Assembly (NCBI GenBank): GCA_012026655.1
Contig: JAAILG010000241.1
Span: 62,001 to 120,651, forward strand
Source: Hydrolagus affinis
Taxonomy: Eukaryota
Reading direction: 5' to 3'
Length of the DNA stretch: 58,651 nt
Below the pieces are notes generated by a model that had not been told where the DNA came from, made no database searches, and worked only from the letters and a program-made list of their open reading frames with translations. Below, piece by piece: positions 1 to 11,712 of the stretch. A program made the translations under genes and the position numbers. Each line of letters starts with the position of its first letter. Positions within the stretch are counted from its first letter, which is position 1.

Positions 1-421
1 TTCTGGCTTCCCCTTAATGATCTCATCCATCAAGCCATCATTTCCTTTCAGACCGTCACTGACTGATTTTCACTCTCAAAATAGTCAATTAGATTAGATT
101 GGATTGACTCCTGCACTCATGTAAGTTACTATGTTATGTCACAAACGGGATGCTAGTCTTCAATTTTCTCATCGAAAATAATGGAAATGGAATGGTTTTA
201 TTCGCTCGCTCAGTGGTGTTTTTTTTAGTGATTATCATATTGGTTATAATTGAAGCTGAAAGAATATAGAAAACTTTAACACTGGAAGCAACTAGACTGA
301 AGAAGAATGACACTTTTTTTCCATTAGTACATAATCTTTACATGCATAAATTTTGAATATCAGAAGTTTAAATGCCCTTCAGTGATGTAATAACACATCT
401 CAGAGTTGTGATGGTGTTGGC

Positions 422-645
422 GACCTATAGCTCAGTGGTTAGAGCACTCGCCTCACAAACGATAAGCCCTGGGTTTGATTCCCGGGTAGGGCGAAAAGTT
501 GGGCAAGATTCCTTACTCCACATGCCTCTGTTTACGTAGCAGTAGGTAGCAACCCAGTTGTTAGACAATTGGTGCATCGCTTTACTGGGAGTAATAATTT
601 CTTTAAAAAAAAGCTTGGTCACTCAATCCACGATTGACTGTGAGA
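422..645 (+). mobile_element. tRNA-derived SINE, 5' part (head plus body, tail missing)
   Basis: Pol III A-box tagctcagtggttagagc and B-box-like ggtttgattccc. Body matches the reverse complement of 47830-48014 and 57570-57683. Confidence 0.88.
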
Positions 646-718
646 TTTTCCTGAATCTGTTTTTAATTTTTCAGCAAATCTGTCAACATGCATTAACATA
701 TTTTCCCTTTTCACTTAG

Positions 719-885
719 GTCTAAGGAATTGATCAAGGAAGCAATACTGGACAATGACTTCATGAAAAATCTTGAATTGTCACAGATTCAAGAGATTGTT
801 GACTGCATGTACCCAGTGGAGTTTGGCAAAGACAGCTGTATCATCAAAGAGGGTGATGTGGGATCCTTGGTTTATGTTATGGAAG
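719..885 (+). CDS. PRKG1: PRKG1 coding exon (first exon common to the Ia/Ib isoforms), N-terminal part of CNB-A
   Basis: Acceptor ttttcccttttcacttAG (AG 717-718) and donor GTagg (886). Translates (R)[55 protein letters not shown], nearly identical to recalled mammalian PKG I. Length 167 bp. Confidence 0.97.
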
Positions 886-904
886 GTAGGTTATTTCAGT
901 TATT

Positions 905-968
905 CAATAACAACTTGCATTTATATAGCGTCCTTCACGTGGGATAGAGTCCCAGAGCACTTGACATC
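905..968 (-). mobile_element. L2/SINE-type 3' tail fragment 20 bp from the exon donor
   Basis: caataacaacttgcatttatatagcgtccttcacgtggg matches the reverse complement of the tail at 7282-7340. Confidence 0.7.
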
Positions 969-2950
969 GTCGGAGCGCAATGCCAAACTGGGGGCAGGGG
1001 GAGGGAACTGTATGTACTAGGCTAATGTACAACTGGCTGTTTTTTTTCACATCAGTCTGACAATCACAATACAATGCAGCATTTGGCACAACCAGTTCCC
1101 AAATGAATGTTCGAAGACTCATTGTTCTGAATGTAAAATATGTACAGCAATTGTAAAAGGAGGACTTGTTTTTTTTTACCTCATTCTACTCCAGTCATTT
1201 AACATTACGACTTAAGGTGGTTATTTTTAACTGATCTTATTTTCAAAGTTTTTTTTATATTGTTGATGTTGCAATCTCTTTTACGGATTTTTTTTAGTGG
1301 ATCTCTGAATGCATTATGAATTTGAAAATAGCTTCTTTAATAAGTGTTTTCATTGCCTGGTACTTCCTTGTACATCACAAAAAGGTCACAAATACACAGC
1401 TTTGAAAATTAAATATAGTGCAAACACCAGCACACTGTGTCAAAGAGTAAACATGAACCCGAAGCCACTATTCCCCAGGGGATCTATCAAGCAAAAGCTT
1501 GGAGGAAGGGAATAATCATTCTGAGCTACTTTTACATGACTTTGTGTTTGTGTTTTAAAATAGCATAGACCTAGGGTGCTATTCATCCTGTTGGGATGAT
1601 AATATCTTACATCACCAACAATAGGCAAAAACAATTTTGCTTTAGATTGAAAACATTGTGAGGCAAATTAAATGCTCTGAAGCACCTCACAGCAAAAGCG
1701 CAGTACTGTAAAGAGCTTTGCTGGTGCACAGCTGACTGACTATTTTAGGTGTGCCTTTAGTATTGTTTTTCACATCTTTGCTGATCTCACTTTCACACAC
1801 TGTGACCCACAGCTTCATGTGCGATTGCGATCTCTTGCTTTGTTACACAATTGATGTAAATGTCCGCAGTAGCAGTAGAGAACACTACTGTTTTTGAAAG
1901 ACAGAAGGACAAGAGTGGAAGGGCAAGGTTTGTACAAACCTGACATGTTACTTACAGCTATAGCAGAAATTCAGAATATGAATCCATCTCCCACATCCCC
2001 AGATCTCTACTGATCAATACAAGCTTCCTTCTTTCTAAGGATATTTCTCCAAGCCAGCCCCAGCAACACAGGAATTGTTGCTCACTTTCATGATGCCTTG
2101 AAACCAACTCACTTGTCGCTGAACAGCACAATGTGTAGCTTTGGGAATATCATTGTATTTTGCTCGGCTATGGGATAGCTGAATGCACTGAATAACAGTT
2201 AGACAGCTAATTGTTATGTATTTAAAGCTGAAAGGTGGAAAATGGAGGTTTTGGTGTACTAGGCATGCCCTTCCGCCATGGCCTTTGAGTGGAGCTGGCT
2301 GTGCATTTCCTGCACTGTTATCTATATATCTTAACCATCCTTATGTTCTGTACTTAACAGTATGGGGAATTTTACTAAATTCGAGAACACTGTCATGGAG
2401 AAGTATTGAAAGAACCTACAGTACTGTACCTACCAACTGATTTGTGAAAAATTGAATAGAATCTTTTACTTCCCATGAATATATCAGATCGAGAGTTATA
2501 TACTAGACAGCCATTAAACTGCAAAATTATTGGCTTTAAAATAAAAATGCAGCACTTTACAGGAGAAATCCAATATTTTTAAAGTTAAATCGCTGTAAGA
2601 TGTGACATAACTCACATTTAGCTCAAATTTAACTTCTGTTTAAATAAAAATCACATTCCTTATGCGGTTGTTAACTTGCAATTGTTGGCTTTGTAAAGAA
2701 TGATGAAAGCGCATGCATTGGAATTCTTAGACTATCTGGTACTGAATTGTAGCACGTGGAGGTCAGGGGGCTACATGATGCATCTATTGGTGAATTTCTG
2801 CTCTTATCCTAGACTCTGGAGATTGAAGCAGCTTTTCATTGTCATAGTAATCAATTTTGTATCTCAGGGTTAAAAGGAAATAGAAAACAAATATGTTTTT
2901 TACCTGCAAAATTATTGGCTTTAGAAGGTTTAACCCTAGCGTGCATACAT

Positions 2951-3059
2951 GATAATAATCCTTGCAATTGATATAGCATCTTATCACGTCTTCAGTGAGT
3001 CTCAAAGCACTTCACAGATATATTGTAAAATGTGTTGACTGTATATTTGTGGGTGAAAT

Positions 3060-3060
<1 letters not shown>
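2951..3060 (-). mobile_element. SINE 3' tail
   Basis: ataataatccttgcaattgatatagc...ctcaaagcacttcacaga...tttgtgggtgaaa, shared with many copies. Confidence 0.85.
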
Positions 3061-3093
<33 letters not shown>

Positions 3094-3715
3094 AATTACA
3101 TTTGTATAGCGCCTTTCATGTCGGGAGGAAGTCCCAAAGCGCTGGAAGGTCAATATTTCAGACTCGAGCTGTGATTGGGATTGGGGATGGTGGAGGGAAA
3201 CTAGGGGATTTGGGGTGATTGATGGGACCGTCGAAGAGGAGGGTCTTGAGGCAGGGCTTGAAGGAGGCTAGTGGGGGTGCGAGGCGAAGGGACTGCGGGA
3301 TGGAATTCCAGAGGTTAGGGGCAGAGTAGCTGAAGGCTTGCCTGCCGATTGTGGGGAGGGTAAGTCGGGGGACATGGAGCAGGCTGGAGGCCGCTGAGCA
3401 GAGGGAGCGGGCAGGTGGTAGGGGGTTAGGAGGTCGCAGAGGTAGGGTGGGGTGAGTCCATCGAGGGCTTTGAAGGTGAGGACCGGGATCTTGAATTGAA
3501 TTCTCTGGATGATGGGGAGCCAATGGAGTCAGGTGAGAATGTAGGGTTGGAGTCACGGAGTTTGGAGTGATAGAGGACACGGGCCGCAGAGTTCTGGATG
3601 ACCTGCAACCTATGGAGGGGTTGGGAGGCTGACAAGCAGGGCATTGGCATAGTCGAGCCTGCATGTGATGAAGGCATGAATGAGAGTTTCAGCAGCCTGA
3701 GGTTTGAGAGCAGTA
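3061..3715 (-). mobile_element. L2-clade LINE 3' fragment with (TTG)n tail
   Basis: (CAA)11 at 3061-3093. Minus-strand peptides LHRLQVIQNSAARVL and GRQAFSYSAPNLWNSIPQSLR..SFKPCLKTLLF are typical of the L2 ORF2 C-terminus, frameshifted. Confidence 0.9.
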
Positions 3716-3837
3716 CCAATCTCTGATGAAATTATGTGACTTGGGAATCTATACATCTTTAGAGTGAGTGGTTAGTTTTGATGAGTATGCAGCCTGGCTG
3801 TCTCGGAACATGTTAACCCCCAGGGCAACAGTATTTG

Positions 3838-4015
3838 AGTCATTGTTTGTATCCATCTGTTCCACGGATGCAAACGTCTGACCTGTTTTACGGAAGATTT
3901 CAACAAATTTAACCGATAGATTGAAGTGCCTTCATTAATTTAATATTGAGAAAAGTCTCATTAATTCATCCTATTACCTGAATAGTGCTTATTGTTTGTT
4001 CTGCATTCTACAAAT
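3838..4015. repeat. Left arm of 178-bp long-range inverted repeat
   Basis: Ungapped match to the reverse complement of 6798-6975, about 20 mismatches by hand count. Confidence 0.93.
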
Positions 4016-4596
4016 GTGTTTTGTTCAAACTATAATCTTAGTAGGTTAACCTTTGGTATTGATTTAAACATCGTTACATTCTCTTTACTTGATTCAATGC
4101 TTCATTAGGTACAGACTATAAGAATTAACTGCACATCACATTTAGCATTCTGGTGTTTTGCTCTAAATAATACCTGAAAACTGGGGCAATAACGTGTTCT
4201 CCTTTATTAGCTGTAAAGCTTCATAAAATGGATGAGAACATGGCTATTTGTGGATTATCTAACATCAGGAATGAATCCACGAACAAGCATTGTTATATCT
4301 TCAGTGAAACAACACTTTTCCTTGAACAGATATCATGTAATATAGATGGAAACACAGGCAAGGTTGTGCTTTATTGATTTGTTGAGTGAAAGCTGAAGGA
4401 AGGAAAGTTTAGTGTGTTTATGATACATGACCTTGGTTGATATCAGTCTGGAACCTCCTCAGTCGCAGAGCAGCTGCAGCAATCGCCTGAGCGATACAGC
4501 CTGATCTTTGTTTCAGTATTTTCAGGTGCACATCAGGAAATTTGGGAAAACTCTTGCATGCCTGATGTTACACACAACTAACTTCACAACTAATTA

Positions 4597-6205
4597 CAGT
4601 AAAATCCTGTTTATCCGGCACCTGATCAACCGTAACTCCCGTATAACTGGCATCGCAAAAAAAGGGTCTGCATTTGATTAACCGGAATTTATCCGGAAAA
4701 ATGCATTAAATTTTTTGTTTTGAGTTTTTGTCTGAATATCCACCGGGATGCCTGCGGCCAGGGATTAGAGCTGACTGACCAACTGACAAGCATCTTCACT
4801 CTCTCAGCACAAACTTTATCACAGAACTTATTAAACCTCATCTTACAGTGCCTACTACAGTGGATAACCTCAATGTCTGTGTTCCTATATTCCGTGCTCA
4901 CCAACTCTATTGTCAGCCCATTCTGTGAGCTACACATTAATCTAACAAAATCTCCCTTGTCCTGTCCCTTTCAAACCTCAGCCTCTGTTCCTAACAACTT
5001 CCCATCTCGACCTACAATGTGATCCAGAGATTGGCTCATATGTGTTCAGATGTCGGATATCCTGTATGGAGTCCACAAAGTGTTGCCAAACCTCTGGAGT
5101 GTAGAAAAATGCCAAAGAGAGAGAAAGTGTAATAGCTTTAGTCACCAGCGTAAGGTTTCCACTATTACACTCATCTGATGAATGATGACTGATGCAACCT
5201 TTGCAGGCACCTTCACTCTCCCAGCACAAACTGTTGTAACAGAAATGATTAAACCTCATCTAACAGTGCCTACTACAGTGGATAACGTCAATGTCTGTTT
5301 TCCAACATTCCGTGTACACCAACTCTATTGTCAACCCGTGCTGTGAGCTACATATAAATATAACAACATCTCCCTCGTCCTTTACCATTCAAACCTCAGC
5401 CTCTGTTCCTAACAGCTTCCCTTCTCGAATGTGATCCAGAGATTGGTTCATATGTATTTGGATGTTGGACATCCTGCATGGAGTCCACATAGTGTTGCCA
5501 AACCTCTGGAGTGTAGAAAAATGCCAAAGAGAGAGAAAAAAAGTGTAATAGCTTTAGTTGCAACCATAAGGTTTCCACTGTTACACTCACCTGATGTTCC
5601 ATGAATCCCAAGGTGCTAGAAACATAGCGAAAGAACAATGGTGCGAGTTTCAGTCGTCAATGTACTCTTCCAACCAACACAGATTTATCTTCGGTAATGG
5701 CTGAGGTGAAGCCCAGAGGTGATCAAGGTCGCAGATATGGACAGGCTCCAGGTCAACTTCTGAATAACTGAGGAGATCCCAGCCAAGCAAGAACCAACAG
5801 AAAGAAGCCTCTTCATCAAACCTGCAAATGATGAAATGGAGTGAGAAATTTCATCCATAAATACAACAAATTGTATTGTCTCACAAAGATCAGTCAAACT
5901 AGCAACAAGGATCGATCCCACTGGGCACCCATTACCCAAGGTACAGATCCTTTCCCTTCACCACCACAGAGAAACACCATTGCACATGATTTACAGTCCA
6001 CCCGAAGGACAACTGCAGACTTTCAGTCCTGAGCTGACTCAACCACCCACTCAAGGCAAGGACCAGAACCAACTCACCCAAGTTAACAATTCAGCCTAGT
6101 CAACAACCCCAATCATGATCCCAACTCCACCTGCTGAATATCTGGCACACTCTTTAACCGGCATTGGTCAGGTCCCGAGGGTGCTGGATAAACGGGCTTT
6201 TACTG
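4597..6205. mobile_element. Non-autonomous Tc1/mariner (Tigger/pogo-like) DNA transposon, about 1.6 kb
   Basis: TA|cagtaaaatcctgtttatccggcacc ... ggtgctggataaacgggcttttactg|TA: 26-bp TIR with 3 mismatches and TA target duplication. No transposase ORF. Confidence 0.88.
4790..5596 (+). repeat. Tandem duplication of about 390 bp (4790-5180 and 5207-5596)
   Basis: Shared blocks such as acagtgcctactacagtggataac and gtgttgccaaacctctggagtgtagaaaaatgccaaagagagagaaa. Also visible as the repeated peptide SLSLAFFYTPEVWQH in two minus ORFs. Confidence 0.93.
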
Positions 6206-6299
6206 TATTGTGACACTAAGAGATTGCTTATTGAGGCAAATGTGGCAACCATTCAATTTATCAAATCTAGAGGCTATTAGCCAGCATATTGGCAGAAAC

Positions 6300-6440
6300 A
6301 CTTTTTTCAAATAGCTTCATGGAATTTTTAATATTCACTTGAGCTAAGAGATTGGATGTTGGGTTGATATTGCCTCTGAAGGACAGGACATCTGACCATG
6401 CAGCACTCCCTAGTTTTACACTGGAATGTCATCTTAGATT
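6300..6440 (-). mobile_element. Old Deu-domain SINE relic
   Basis: ctgaaggacaggacatctgaccatgcagcactccctagttttacactggaatgtcatcttaga resembles the recalled SacSINE1/AmnSINE1-type consensus (minus strand). Confidence 0.6.
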
Positions 6441-6797
6441 ACCAGTATGCCTCGATATGCATCTTGAAACATAAAATTACATAAATGGAAATTTAAAAAA
6501 AATTGGATCATTCTCTTCATGTCGATTTATGGGACACTATTGTGCATACACTGGTGGTACATACATCTGCACTTTATCATAAAATCAAAATGATACGTTA
6601 TACTTTAGTAACTAATTATTAATAATTTCCCTCTTCCAATTAATAGTAGCAATCTTCAGCAAAAGACTGAACATTTAACAGTCAAAGATGATGGGCTGAA
6701 TGGAATGTGCTGTTGGATTTTGCTGTTTAATTGTAATTAATGGTTCAGTCACCCATTATGGAGTCCTGAAGCATATTGGTTATAGCATTCACCTCGT

Positions 6798-6975
6798 ATT
6801 TGTAGAATGCAGAACAAACAATAAGCACTATTCAGGTAATAGGATGTTCTAATGAGGCTTTTCTCAATATTAAATTAACAATGCCACTTCAATCTATCTG
6901 TTAAATATGTTGAGATCTTCCATAAAATAGGTCAGCCATTTGCATCTATGGAACAGATAGATACAAATGATGACT
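6798..6975. repeat. Right arm of 178-bp long-range inverted repeat
   Basis: Reverse complement of 3838-4015; the innermost ~49 bp are identical. Confidence 0.93.
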
Positions 6976-6979
6976 GAAA

Positions 6980-7340
6980 CCTTCGGCAAGTTTCCTTGTT
7001 CAACGCTCAAGCCTCAATTTGCCTAGCCGTAATTAGGAACACAGTTGTTAGTCAATTGGTGGATCACTTTTCTCAGGGTAATAACCCCTTTATTAAAAAA
7101 ATGAACATAATTTGGTCATTCGACCCACAACTGTTTGTGGGACACTGTTGACACTTGGCTGTCCCTTTTCGCCCAAACTACAAACTACACAGTCACTCCA
7201 CTTTACAGTACATTCTGTGAAGTGCTTTGAGATGTCTGGAAGATGTGACATGGCTCTATATCAAATGCAAGGATTATTATTAAGCGCTCTGAGACACCAC
7301 CCGGTGTGGAGGGCGCTATATAAATGCAAGTTGTTATTTA
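6980..7340 (+). mobile_element. 5'-truncated SINE (6980-7281) followed by a second L2-type tail (7282-7340)
   Basis: Body matches 500-620. Tail ...atatcaaatgcaaggattattatta, then aagcgctctgagacacc..gggcgctatataaatgcaagttgtt. Confidence 0.85.
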
Positions 7341-7961
7341 TCACAAAAAATAAATGCACGGTTCACTATTAATTTTTATCATTCTGTCGCAGAAGGAAGT
7401 GATGACAAATTCTGAAGTGAATCATTATTGGGGCCAAATTCCTAGGAAGCTCTGTAATCCTTTTGCTAGTTGTCATGGAGACCAATACCAAAAGTTTGCT
7501 AATAAATAACATAGGCCACTTTTATCAGAGACAAGAAAAAACGATCAAAATGGCTTTAAAAAGTGGTGATGGTAAAACATGATACATTATGTTTAAGAAA
7601 TATAATACTGCAATACTAAAACATATTCTGTGCTGGATTTTGATTCATCTCTGGGAACATAATCTTCCCTTGAAGTACAAATATGAAGCTCTCTTTTCAC
7701 AGTTATAATGAGATTCCATGTTACTCTCAATCGAAAATTCAGACGCATAAAGCAAATCATAATATTTCAAACCCCATCAGCTGAGAGTCCAACAAATGTT
7801 CCACCATCTAATTCCTTAATCAGGACAACTCTGATCGGTGGATTCAAGCACAAAACATTGTTTCTTGTTTGAAGTCTACCCTATTATATTTCACTACTGT
7901 GACAGCTCAAGTTAATGATATTTTGTGCAATTTCCTACAAGATTGCCTTGAGAAACAGTCA

Positions 7962-8053
7962 TTACACATTACAGTGTATTGTGTGAAGCGCTTTGAGACG
8001 TCCTACTGATATGAAAGGCACAATGCCAGATGAAAGGATTATTATTATTATTA
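7962..8053 (+). mobile_element. SINE 3' tail
   Basis: tgtgaagcgctttgagacgtc...aaaggattattattattatta. Confidence 0.8.
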
Positions 8054-8166
8054 CTAATAATATGGATTGTACAGAAATAGTCTTAAGGAAACATTTGGAA
8101 TGTTTTGATTTTTTGTTTTGGTTTTGATCTACAGCTGCATCAAAGTTGCTACAGGTCACAGTGACA

Positions 8167-8260
8167 TAATAATAATACTTACATTTGATATAGTGCCTTA
8201 TCACATTGCTGACATGTCTCAAAGCCTTTCAAAGGACTTATTGTAAGGCATTGTGACAGC
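8167..8260 (-). mobile_element. SINE 3' tail
   Basis: taataataatacttacatttgatatagtgccttatcac...tgtctcaaagc. Confidence 0.8.
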
Positions 8261-9358
8261 ATATTTCCAGACAACATGCTTACGGTTAACAGAGGAGCCC
8301 CCATTTGTGACTTTAGTCTTTTGCAAGGGATCCCATTATAAATCTCTGCATTTTAACTCCAGCAAATGCAATATTATGTATTTATTATGTATATATTGTA
8401 TATATTACGTGTGTTATTATTGTAACACACTCTCATGTTTTTGTGTATATCTTTCAACTGAAAAAAAATGACCCCTTGAAAAATTTGCATGTTACACACA
8501 TAACCACCCAACAAAACATTTGGAGTTTAAGGAATGAGCTGCAAAGTTATACAAAATGTGTAAGACCAATTCTGTTATTGCAGTCATTGTTAATACAGCT
8601 GTTACTGAAGTTCTATTATTACAGCCAATCCATTAGTTATTGAACTCTGAAGGCAAGTAAAGGAAGGAAACTAAAATCTATATTCATCCAAAGTTATTTT
8701 CTTCTGCCTGAGTTTAACAAAAGAAACTTGAGATTGAAACTGTAACAGTGAGAGTAAGTGACAAAGGCAGTGGGGAGAAAAGGCACATGTGGTATAATAA
8801 CGAAATTCTGTTTAGTGGAATTTGAGGTTATTTTGTGTGCTTCAAGGTGATTTGCTTGATGAATATTTTCCAAACATTATCGTAAAAAGTAATTCCAATG
8901 TAATTCTAACAGACAATTGGTCCTGCCAGGATGCTTTCACCTTCAAGGAAGTTGAAAGCAAGATGGGCATCTGGTGGTTTTATGTGAAACACCTGTAGGA
9001 TTTGATATTTAAAAATCGTACTATACAGTACATTGCTGCATATTGGACTGCATAGTCACCTTCACTGAACAAAGTGAGCTTTCATAGAAATAGTTAATGT
9101 TAGGAATGATAGGCATGCATAGTGTTATAATCTAATTTTGAGGGGAAAAGAAAGAATTTAGGTAACTGTCACAGAAGTAGCTCCAGTTGATATTTTAGAC
9201 TAATAAGGGCATAATTCAGCTGCTAACAAATCTAAATAAATTGCTACAATGTCTGCTTTTTTTAGGGCAAGCCTGCAACATGTTAATCTGACAGTGCGAT
9301 AAAATAACGCCATCACAATGTTTGGATTTGAAGTATTCAGCAAGTTAATAATCTGACT

Positions 9359-9402
9359 GAACATTGCAAACCTCAAATAGTGTTTTGAGGTTTGCAATGT
9401 TC
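9359..9402. repeat. Perfect 19-bp inverted repeat with 6-nt loop
   Basis: gaacattgcaaacctcaaa-tagtgt-tttgaggtttgcaatgttc. Confidence 0.95.
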
Positions 9403-10066
9403 CTCAACATTGAGGTGATTAACACCTCAAATAGTATTTGCATTTGATGTAGTACATGTTAATTAACAACACGCCTATTTATAACCTATTTTAAATATTT
9501 ATAACCTATATAAAATAGTCTATTTTCAGTGCTCTCTTCAAACAATTTGATATATTGTGTGGATGGATACATATTCCATTGTTTTGTTTGATTACTTTTG
9601 ATCAACAAGCATTTATGCAACACTTTCAAGAGATGAATTTAGTAGTCAATGCTAACGCAGATTTTGCATCATCGTGGAAAGATGTTACTGTGCTTTTCTC
9701 ATTCTGTTTCGTTACCTTCTGTCTTCACTTCGGACATCAAATCTAAAAAGAAAGTAAGGTACAGGATATTTACCAAGCATAGGTCTGACTTTAAATTAGT
9801 ATTTCAATGTTCTTTCGATTATGGGGGTGGGGGAAGAGAGGGGAGTCAGTATTATTTTTGATCCATTTTGATGATCTGTAGCTCTCGATAATTTAGTAAC
9901 TCAGCACTACTGTGCCAGGCGCTCCTCTGATTGGAAATACTAGCTGTCTTTGCTAACGTTGCCAAGAAGCAGGATGATGTTTTGAGGCATACATACGAGA
10001 GATGTACGTGTGATTTGCACCTGACTTCATCTCTCGGAATTTGCAACAGGAGGGTGGATGGAGAGT

Positions 10067-10089
10067 GGGGGTCGGGGGAAGGGGTGGGG
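10067..10089 (+). other. G-quadruplex-forming motif
   Basis: G5-tc-G5-aa-G4-t-G4. Confidence 0.65.
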
Positions 10090-10582
10090 AAAGAGTGGAT
10101 TTAAGAAAATCTGGAAGTCACGGAATAGTAGTGTGGATGGATTTTGTTTGTCTAATACACATATTATAAAGAAAATTGAATATATTTTATTATTTATGAC
10201 TTAAATATGCTTTCTTAATAAATCTGGAGATAACCTTCAAACAGGAAAATAAATCCATGGAATAATTGGTTTCACATTTGAATCTATTTGGAAAGTAGTT
10301 TATGGATTCGGAGCAGTATTCTAATTTTAAGTATTATTTTCCAATGTTTTCATCTCTGATCACAGATTTTATATAAAAAAAAACTTAATGAACTAGTCAT
10401 TATAAAATCGTAGAGATTTATTGAGCAGGAGGCTGCCATTTGGTCAGAGTTGCACTGGCTCATTCAGTTCAACTAACTCCATTCCCCTTCAAACCCTTAT
10501 CTTTCATATAGAGGCAAAGTCTAATGGATTTTGCCTCTACCATCAACTATTCTATTCAAACTACCACAGAATAAATGGATAA

Positions 10583-10674
10583 AGTCAATTCACTTTACAG
10601 TATATTCTGTGAAGTGCTTTGTGACGTCTAGTTGACGTGAAAAGCGCTATATCAAATGTAAGGATTATTATTAT
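10583..10674 (+). mobile_element. SINE 3' tail
   Basis: agtcaattcactttacagtatattctgtgaagtgcttt...atcaaatgtaaggattattatta. Confidence 0.85.
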
Positions 10675-11629
10675 CCACCAGTCAGTCTATTAACACAGTC
10701 AAATGAAAAGGCACAATAGCAGTCATTTATCCTTTGCCTCTTTCAACCTATTGTGTTAACTTTATTCTTCAATGTAACAAGGCAAGTCGTGAGAGCACCA
10801 GTTTAGGTCCACTGTGAATACATTTGATGAAGACAGATTCCACTTTCACACAGAAAGAGTGAACCTCTGCATTTCTATATACAGTAATAATGTACCCATC
10901 AACTGTCCCCATCACTGACATAATCTAGAAGCTCCGACAAGTTTAGATGCAATTTGATATCATATCATATTTTTTGAATTTTTTGTTAAATGAACCAAGT
11001 GAAGACAAAAAGGAAAGCACGACTATTTAAATGAGACACAGTTTTGTAGCACCACCGCTTCAACTGCCTTTCGATGGTGGCAGTGGTAATTTGCATTGTA
11101 AATGTCATTTACATAATGACTTTGAGGGGCTCTTCAAGTACCCAGTACTTCAGGATTCCCTCACTTTGATGCATAAAGATAAGTCATTATTCTTTTAAAC
11201 TGCAAATTACAAGTGCTGTGGATATCATTGGGGGCACTGGCTTGGAAGCACCATTGAGCCTGGCAGTGAGACTTCGCTGAATTAATACACACTTGAATGT
11301 AAGACATGTCACTATCTCCACTATTCCTAATTAGGTCAGGAGTCTAACATGCAGGAAAACTAGGTGCCTTAATGAAGTGTCTCAAGTTCCAGCAACTGAA
11401 AACTCAGTTTCTAGAGTGCACAGTGTCCAAGGGGAAGACAGAGAAATCATTGATGTTTATTCTTCAACATCATAGCCAGAGATTGCCAGAAACCAAGGCA
11501 TCAGCAACTTTAAAGTTCAAATTGAGGTATTGCTAGAATTGTCCGAGCTTTTACAATGTTGGCTTGCAGCAATATCTGATGTCGAGTAGGTAGAGTCCAT
11601 TATCTCGGTAATGTTTATCTCTCTCTCTA

Positions 11630-11712
11630 TTTACAGTGAAGCGCTTTGAGATGTTGATAATATGTGAAAAGCGTGATATCAAATGCAAGAATTATTATTA
11701 TTATTATTATTA
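11630..11712 (+). mobile_element. SINE 3' tail
   Basis: gtgaagcgctttgagatg...atatcaaatgcaagaa(tta)n. Confidence 0.8.

Noticed and set aside
422-495. tRNA gene
   Set aside because: A/B boxes continue into a multi-copy SINE body, with no intact cloverleaf evident.
558-947. 129-aa ORF as a standalone gene
   Set aside because: It is the PRKG1 exon read through into SINE and intron sequence; splice sites delimit 719-885.
1926-1941. 16-bp perfect palindrome aggtttgtacaaacct
   Set aside because: About one is expected by chance in 58 kb.
3158-3719. Pro-rich 168-aa and 97-aa ORFs
   Set aside because: Frameshifted L2 ORF2 remnants.
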